From a virus, in the IMG/VR virus record IMGVR_UViG_3300028829_004335: 64,000 bases of DNA. The stretch is one strand, 5' to 3'. Position 1 is the stretch's first letter, and each line of letters begins with the position of its first letter. This document shows, one piece after another, positions 58,672 to 64,000 of this stretch. The position numbers and the translations under genes are program-made. Under the pieces are notes generated by a model. That model worked only from the letters and a program-made list of their open reading frames with translations. It was not told the DNA's origin and made no database searches.

Positions 58672-59506
58672 AATAGAAACTCTTAGAAAAAATAAACTGT
58701 TTATTGCTACGCCCATGTATGGCGGACAGTGTGCTGGTATGTTTACCAAGAGTGTAGCAGATCTATCAGCATTTTGTGCTAAACACCAAATTCCATTACA
58801 ATTATATTTTATGTTTAACGAATCTTTGATTACTAGGGCACGAAACTATTGTTGTGATGAATTTATGAGGTCTGATGCAAACCATCTTATGTTTATTGAC
58901 TCTGATATTGGATTCAATCCACAAGATGTTATTGCACTTATGGCACTCCAGTCTCAAAATGAAGACTACGATATTATTGGTGGCCCTTACCCTAAGAAGT
59001 GTATTTCTTGGGAGAAAATTAAAAGAGCAGTAGATAAAGGAGTTGCTGATGAAGAAAGTAATGTTCTAGAAAAGTTTGTAGGAGATTATGTATTTAATCC
59101 AAAAAGTGGACAAAATCAAATTAAGCTATCTGATCCAGTGGAAGTTTTAGAAATTGGAACTGGATTTATGATGGTTACAAAAAATGCAATGTCTAAATTT
59201 CAAGAATCATATAGACAATATATGTATAAACCAGATCATGTAAGAACAGAACATTTTGATGGATCTCGTGAAATTATGCAATATTTTCAAGCAGAAATTG
59301 ATCCAAAAACAAAACGATATTTATCAGAAGATTATTGGTTCTGTCAAAAAGCACAAGAAGCAGGACTTAAAACTTGGCTATGTCCTTGGATGCAACTTCA
59401 ACATGTTGGTTCCTATATTTTTGGTGGTTCTCTTGCAGACCTTGCAGCAATTGGTGCTGCAGCAACAGCAGACCCTTCTAATCTTTCTAAAGCTAAAAAG
59501 AAATAA
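58655..59506 (+). CDS. GT-A-fold glycosyltransferase-like protein common in T4-like phages
   Basis: LFIATPMYGG...ESLITRARN...HLMFIDSDIGF...IGTGFMMV...YLSEDYWFC...LQHVG. Confidence 0.7.
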   Translation: MEIKIEIETLRKNKLFIATPMYGGQCAGMFTKSVADLSAFCAKHQIPLQLYFMFNESLITRARNYCCDEFMRSDANHLMFIDSDIGFNPQDVIALMALQSQNEDYDIIGGPYPKKCISWEKIKRAVDKGVADEESNVLEKFVGDYVFNPKSGQNQIKLSDPVEVLEIGTGFMMVTKNAMSKFQESYRQYMYKPDHVRTEHFDGSREIMQYFQAEIDPKTKRYLSEDYWFCQKAQEAGLKTWLCPWMQLQHVGSYIFGGSLADLAAIGAAATADPSNLSKAKKK

Positions 59507-59520
59507 ATTAGGATTATATT

Positions 59521-60180
59521 ATGAAAATTGATAAAAATATTATTAATATTTTGAAAAACTTTGCACAAAACAGTTTATCCCTTTCTGTAAAAAAGGGAAA
59601 TAAAATTGGTGTTATTTCAGAATCAAGAAATACTATTGCAGAGGCGTATCTTCCAGTTCCATTTGAACGAGACTTTGCAGTTTATGATTTAAGTAAATTT
59701 ATTTCTTGTTTATCAATGTTTTATGAACCAGAGTTGATTTTTCAAGAATCATATGTTACTATTACTGATGGTAACAGATCTATCAATTATATGTATGTAG
59801 ATGAAGAACTTATTAGTAAATGTGTTATACCAGAACATAAACTGACTACAGATCCACAAGTAGTAGAATTTAATATAACATCACAAAATCTAAAAGATGC
59901 AGAAAAAGCATTATCTGTTCTATCTGTTCCTAATATTGTTTTTGAAGGAAAAAATGGTAAACTAAAAATGATTGTCTGTGATGTAAAAGTGGACTCTGGT
60001 AATAACTTTGAGATTATTGTTGGTGAAACTGACAATAACTTTAAAGCAATTTTCTTAGCAGAAAATATTAAAATACTTGGTGATGACTATAGAATTGTTT
60101 TAGGGCAAGGTGTTGCAAAGTTCTATGGTAATGTTATTGAGTATTGGATTCGTTATGATCATCAAAGTGTGATGAATTAA
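59521..60180 (+). CDS. gp45: DNA polymerase sliding clamp
   Basis: INILKNFA...FAVYDLSKFISCLS...FKAIFLAENIKIL..DYRI...YWI; upstream of gp44. Confidence 0.88.
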   Translation: MKIDKNIINILKNFAQNSLSLSVKKGNKIGVISESRNTIAEAYLPVPFERDFAVYDLSKFISCLSMFYEPELIFQESYVTITDGNRSINYMYVDEELISKCVIPEHKLTTDPQVVEFNITSQNLKDAEKALSVLSVPNIVFEGKNGKLKMIVCDVKVDSGNNFEIIVGETDNNFKAIFLAENIKILGDDYRIVLGQGVAKFYGNVIEYWIRYDHQSVMN

Positions 60181-60193
60181 TTGAGGAAATAAA

Positions 60194-61135
60194 ATGGAAC
60201 AGTTTTTGTGGACTGAACTTTACAGACCAAAGTCTGTAAAAGATACTATTTTGCCTGATAATATGAAATCTGTTTTTCAATCTTTTGTTGATAAAAAAGA
60301 AGTTCCAAATATGATTCTATCTGGAACCTCTGGTGTTGGAAAAACAAGTGTTGCAAAAGCAGTTCTCACTGAACTAGAGTGTGAATATCTAGTTATCAAT
60401 GGTTCATTAAATGGTAATATTGATACTCTTAGAAATGAAATTCATAATTTTGCTTCAACAGTATCTCTATATGGTGGTAAGAAGTATATTATTCTTGATG
60501 AAGCAGATTATCTAAATGCTAATTCAACACAACCTGCTCTTCGTAATTTTATGGAAGAGTTCTCTAAAAATTGTGGATTTATTCTTACCTGTAATTTCAA
60601 AAACAGAATCATTCAACCTCTACATTCACGATGCACAGTGATTGATTTTAACTTTAACAAAAATGATAAAGTTAAACTTGCTATGTGTTTTATGAAAAGA
60701 ATTGAAATGATTCTTAAAAATGAAGGTATAGAATATGAAAGAAGTGTGATTGCTGAAATCATTCAAAAATATTTTCCTGATTTTAGAAGAGTTCTAAACG
60801 AACTACAAAGATATTCTTCATCAGGAAAAATTGATACTGGTATTCTTGTTGATGTAAAAGAAACTTCTATTACAGAGTTAATTTCAATTCTTAAACAGAA
60901 AAACTATCCAATGTTAAGGAATTGGTTGTACAACAACTCAGATTGTGATATGAGTGAGTTATATAGACAGTTTTATGAACACGGTGCTGAATATTTTACA
61001 AAGCAAACTTTACCACACCTAATTATTTTACTTGGTAAATATCAGTATCAAAATGCATTTGTTGCAGATGCAGAGATTAACTTTATGGCATTTTTAGTTG
61101 AAGTTATGGTAGAATGTGAAATTTTAGATAAGTGA
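60194..61135 (+). CDS. gp44: Clamp loader large subunit
   Basis: WTELYRPK, GTSGVGKT, LDEAD, LRNFMEEFS, SRC, PDFRR. Confidence 0.96.
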   Translation: MEQFLWTELYRPKSVKDTILPDNMKSVFQSFVDKKEVPNMILSGTSGVGKTSVAKAVLTELECEYLVINGSLNGNIDTLRNEIHNFASTVSLYGGKKYIILDEADYLNANSTQPALRNFMEEFSKNCGFILTCNFKNRIIQPLHSRCTVIDFNFNKNDKVKLAMCFMKRIEMILKNEGIEYERSVIAEIIQKYFPDFRRVLNELQRYSSSGKIDTGILVDVKETSITELISILKQKNYPMLRNWLYNNSDCDMSELYRQFYEHGAEYFTKQTLPHLIILLGKYQYQNAFVADAEINFMAFLVEVMVECEILDK

Positions 61136-61142
61136 GGTTATT

Positions 61143-61400
61143 ATGACAAAAAATATTACAGATGTTAGAGTTTTAAATGTTCTTGATGTTTATCAAGATA
61201 ATCCTCTTGGTAATAGATACGTATATCAGTATAAAATTGGTAGCACAGGAAAGTGGAATGATGCTGAAATTGCATATTGTAAGCAAGAAATAAACACAAA
61301 CAATAGAGTCGAAATGACACAAAAAGAGTTCAATACTATTGTTACTGAGGGTGTGAAACAACAAAATGAAGTAATTGAAGATAATTTAGACGATGAATAA
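61143..61400 (+). CDS. Hypothetical protein inserted between gp44 and gp62
   Basis: GAGG Shine-Dalgarno; 85 aa; overlaps the gp62 start. Confidence 0.6.
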   Translation: MTKNITDVRVLNVLDVYQDNPLGNRYVYQYKIGSTGKWNDAEIAYCKQEINTNNRVEMTQKEFNTIVTEGVKQQNEVIEDNLDDE

Positions 61401-61782
61401 TTATGATTGGAGATATGAAAATAGTATAACAAGAGATAAAAAATATTTAGAAGTTAATTCTGAAGAAAAATATATAACAGGAAGAACAAATAAAGTCCTT
61501 TCTAACTATCTAGATACTATTCTTTATTCAAATGAAATGAATATGAATAGACATCTAGAAGATAAAATGCAATACGAATATCTTTTTTATTCTATAAAAG
61601 CAAGAAAAAGATTCTTTAAAAGAGATAAATCTTCACCTTTTGATGATATTTCTTTAGTTTGTGATTATTATAAATATAATCGTAAGAAAGCAGAACAAGC
61701 GATTAAAGTTCTGACTAAGGAACAACTCTACAAAATTAAAGAAAAATTACAAAAAGGTGGAGAAAATGAACAATCTAGATAA
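61393..61782 (+). CDS. gp62: Clamp loader small subunit
   Basis: LSNYLDTILYSNEMN...KMQYEYLFYSIKARKRF...YYKYN.KKAEQA...LT. Confidence 0.9.
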   Translation: MNNYDWRYENSITRDKKYLEVNSEEKYITGRTNKVLSNYLDTILYSNEMNMNRHLEDKMQYEYLFYSIKARKRFFKRDKSSPFDDISLVCDYYKYNRKKAEQAIKVLTKEQLYKIKEKLQKGGENEQSR

Positions 61783-62167
61783 TCTTGTTGAAGTGACTAT
61801 TGCTGAAGACGAAGATTTCCTTAAAATAAAGGAGACTTTAACTCGCATTGGTATTGCTTCTAGAAAAGAAAATAAACTTTATCAATCCTGTCATATTTTA
61901 CATAAACAGGGTAAATATTATATTGTCCATTTTAAAGAGTTATTTGCTCTTGATGGAAAACCAACTGATTTCTCTGATGAAGATAAAGGTAGAAGAAATA
62001 CTATCGTAAATCTTCTAAAAGAATGGGATTTGGTTTCAGTTGTAAACCTAGAAAAAATTGAATCTCCTAGAGCACCTATGGGACAAATTAAAATCATTCC
62101 TCACAAAGAAAAAAGTGAATGGGTTCTAGAGGCAAAATATAATATCGGCAGAAAACGAAATAGATAA
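61766..62167 (+). CDS. regA: Translational repressor (start moved to Met4)
   Basis: DFLKIKETLTRIGIAS...LYQSCHILHKQGKYYIVHFKELFALDG...RRNTIVNLLKEW. Confidence 0.96.
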   Translation: MNNLDNLVEVTIAEDEDFLKIKETLTRIGIASRKENKLYQSCHILHKQGKYYIVHFKELFALDGKPTDFSDEDKGRRNTIVNLLKEWDLVSVVNLEKIESPRAPMGQIKIIPHKEKSEWVLEAKYNIGRKRNR

Positions 62168-62181
62168 TAGGTAAATATATT

Positions 62182-62538
62182 ATGAAAATTTTTGATAAAG
62201 CACTATTAACACACCTGTATTCTTTTAATAAAAAAGAACCTAAAACACCTGCAGAAGAAAAACTTCAACAAATCCAGGAAATTTTGTTCCCTCCTTTGAA
62301 GCGATATACTGATAAGGATGGAAGAAAATTTCACGTGGATTATTGTGCTGATACTAATTTACAAGCAGCACTTCACGATTTAGAAGATGATTTTAATGAT
62401 GAAAATACTAGAAAAACTATTAAAAGTGTTGAAGAAAGAATCATTAATGTAAGAAAAGTATTGGAATTTAATCAACCATTAGATAGTGATGCACAATATG
62501 TGATTGCTGATGATGTGGAGAACATTGAAGAGGATTAA
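62182..62538 (+). CDS. Hypothetical protein
   Basis: 118-aa ORF with AGGT Shine-Dalgarno; fills the gap after regA. Confidence 0.6.
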   Translation: MKIFDKALLTHLYSFNKKEPKTPAEEKLQQIQEILFPPLKRYTDKDGRKFHVDYCADTNLQAALHDLEDDFNDENTRKTIKSVEERIINVRKVLEFNQPLDSDAQYVIADDVENIEED

Positions 62539-62539
62539 A

Positions 62540-63031
62540 ATGAGAAAGAAAACTATCTTTGCTACTATTGTAGCAGGAGGAATTTTTTGTGCCGGTTATC
62601 TAGGGTATGCTGATGTCCAAGGATTAGAATCAGTATCATCTCTTATATTCCTACATAACAAAAAATATAACTATAAAATTGTTAAAATTGTAGATGGAGA
62701 CACAGTAGAATTTGAAGCAAAATTCTTACCAGACCCTCTCAAGAAAACTCTCAAATTAAGAATTGATGGTGTTGATACGCCAGAGAAAAATCACCTTGCA
62801 AAGTGTGATTTAGAGAGAAAGAAAGCACAAAAAGCAAAAGAGTTTACCACAGAACAAATCCAGAACGCTAGGGAAGTAAGAATCATTCTCAAAAAATGGG
62901 GTAAGTTCGGAGGAAGAATAGTTGGGGATATCTCCTTAGATGGTAAACTTCTTAGCAAATTATTAATTGACAATAAACACGCTGCCGTATATATTGGTGG
63001 GAAAGGTAAGAAGAAGGATTGGTGTAAATGA
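62540..63031 (+). CDS. Thermonuclease (SNase) family nuclease with N-terminal signal/anchor
   Basis: IVDGDTV...LRIDGVDTPE...WGKFGGRIVG...LIDNKHA; GAGG before ATG 62540. Confidence 0.88.
   Translation: MRKKTIFATIVAGGIFCAGYLGYADVQGLESVSSLIFLHNKKYNYKIVKIVDGDTVEFEAKFLPDPLKKTLKLRIDGVDTPEKNHLAKCDLERKKAQKAKEFTTEQIQNAREVRIILKKWGKFGGRIVGDISLDGKLLSKLLIDNKHAAVYIGGKGKKKDWCK
62967..62995 (+). promoter_or_regulatory. Possible sigma70 promoter for the last two genes
   Basis: TTGACA, 17 nt, TATATT, ending 32 nt before ATG 63028. Confidence 0.4.
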
Positions 63032-63384
63032 GTAAAGGAGCACAGTTTATTTTAATCCTTATTACCTTTTTGTATTTTATTGGATTTGTTTATATTCAAG
63101 AAGCATATTCACATAATTGGTATGATAAATGGTGTTGTAATGAAAAAGACTGTGCTCCTGTAATTAAAATGGTTCGTCATAAATCAAATAAAGGTTGGTT
63201 AATGACTTCAAGACACGGAACAGCTTTTGTTCCAGACGATCCTAAATTAGTTAAGATATTGCATTCGGAAGATTCAAATGTTCATATTTGTATTGGTAAT
63301 TTTGAGCAGCATCCATATTCTTATGATGAAAAAGCAAAAGAGAGTTCTGGTTATGCACGATGTGTGTATTGGTCAGTAAGTTAA
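63028..63384 (+). CDS. Exported Cys-rich protein (H.WY...CC..KDC motif)
   Basis: Signal-like N-terminus, AYSHNWYDKWCCNEKDCAPV, HIC and RCVY. Confidence 0.7.
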   Translation: MSKGAQFILILITFLYFIGFVYIQEAYSHNWYDKWCCNEKDCAPVIKMVRHKSNKGWLMTSRHGTAFVPDDPKLVKILHSEDSNVHICIGNFEQHPYSYDEKAKESSGYARCVYWSVS

Positions 63385-63388
63385 ACAA

Positions 63389-64000
63389 ATGAGGAGAAAG
63401 AAAGTGTTTAATCGTTTTTACTCAATTGGAGTAGGATTTCTTATTGTTTTAGTGTTTGTGTTAGTTGCACTAACTTCAACAAAAGCAGAAGCTGCCATTA
63501 AATGGGTTGATGGAAAACCAATTTTCTATACTAAGAAAGTTGTTAAGAAAAAAGTATATTCTAAGAGAAAAAGATATGCTAAGAAAAAAGTATATTCTAA
63601 GAGAAAAAGATATGCTAAGAAAAAAGTATATTACAAGAAAAGAAGGTATGCTAAGAAAAGGATTCACAAATCACGTAAAAGTAGAGTGGTACGTTCTGGG
63701 TTAACAAAATTCAAAGGACATAGAATGCCAGTTTCTGTAGCAAATAAATTACGTGTTGTTGAATCTAAGTTTGGCAAAATTCGCATTTCATCATCTTGTC
63801 GTTCAGGTGCAACAGTAAGAAAAACTGGTAGACCTTCAATGCATAGATATTGCCGAGCAGTGGACTTCAATCCATCACGGGGAAAATATAGACAGGTTGC
63901 ACGTTATCTGAAAACAACATGGGGCGGTGGTGTTGGGACATACTCAGGCCGATTTAATCATATGCACATCGATGACCACCGAGGTCGTTGGCACAATTAA
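63389..64000 (+). CDS. Peptidase M15A-family (Zn D-Ala-D-Ala peptidase-like) protein with signal peptide and polybasic repeats
   Basis: SS.R...SMH...AVDF...GVGTY...HMHID; TM segment plus AEA cleavage-like site. Confidence 0.8.
   Translation: MRRKKVFNRFYSIGVGFLIVLVFVLVALTSTKAEAAIKWVDGKPIFYTKKVVKKKVYSKRKRYAKKKVYSKRKRYAKKKVYYKKRRYAKKRIHKSRKSRVVRSGLTKFKGHRMPVSVANKLRVVESKFGKIRISSSCRSGATVRKTGRPSMHRYCRAVDFNPSRGKYRQVARYLKTTWGGGVGTYSGRFNHMHIDDHRGRWHN
63545..63652 (+). repeat. Three 36-bp tandem repeats encoding KKKVY(S/Y)K(R/K)(K/R)RYA
   Basis: Two identical copies at 63545 and 63581 and one diverged copy at 63617. Confidence 0.92.

Noticed and set aside
6091-63870. The many minus-strand ORFs in the track (e.g. 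11870, 28722, 40723, 45304, 51158, 57211)
   Set aside because: Antisense shadows of well-supported + strand genes; no SD or motif, and expected from biased codon usage.
1-64000. tRNA, rRNA or other structured RNA genes
   Set aside because: Intergenic gaps are mostly under about 110 nt and none shows a cloverleaf or T-loop consensus by eye.
1-64000. Alternative genetic code (stop-codon recoding)
   Set aside because: Core genes are full length under the standard code.

Overview
This window is 64 kb of an AT-rich T4-like (Tevenvirinae/Kyanoviridae-type) myophage genome. Almost everything is on the + strand; only gp54-like, gp2 and gp4 (1-1279) are on the - strand. Gene order: baseplate (gp48, gp53, hub, an apparently split gp5, PAAR, gp25, gp6, gp7, gp9-like, gp8, a 2112-aa VrlC/DUF4815 protein); an inserted four-gene enzyme module (2OG-Fe(II) oxygenase, NodU/CmcH carbamoyltransferase, two PyrE-like PRTases, one degenerate); a mosaic fibre/receptor-binding region with collagen repeats and a high-GC lectin-like island; a holin-like membrane gene cluster; neck, terminase, tail and head genes (gp13-gp23); gp3, uvsY, uvsW, gp55, gp47, gp46, a degenerate peptide deformylase, a GT-like gene, gp45, gp44, gp62, regA; and exported accessory genes ending in an M15 peptidase. 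Two free-standing GIY-YIG homing endonucleases and many TATAAATA late promoters are present. I saw no tRNA, rRNA, CRISPR array, intron or intein. The best candidate for a new system is the oxygenase-carbamoyltransferase-PRTase pair module sitting among virion genes whose surface domains are rich in N-x-S/T motifs, which suggests virion (or DNA) modification. All product calls come from motif and synteny recognition by eye; no database search was run.
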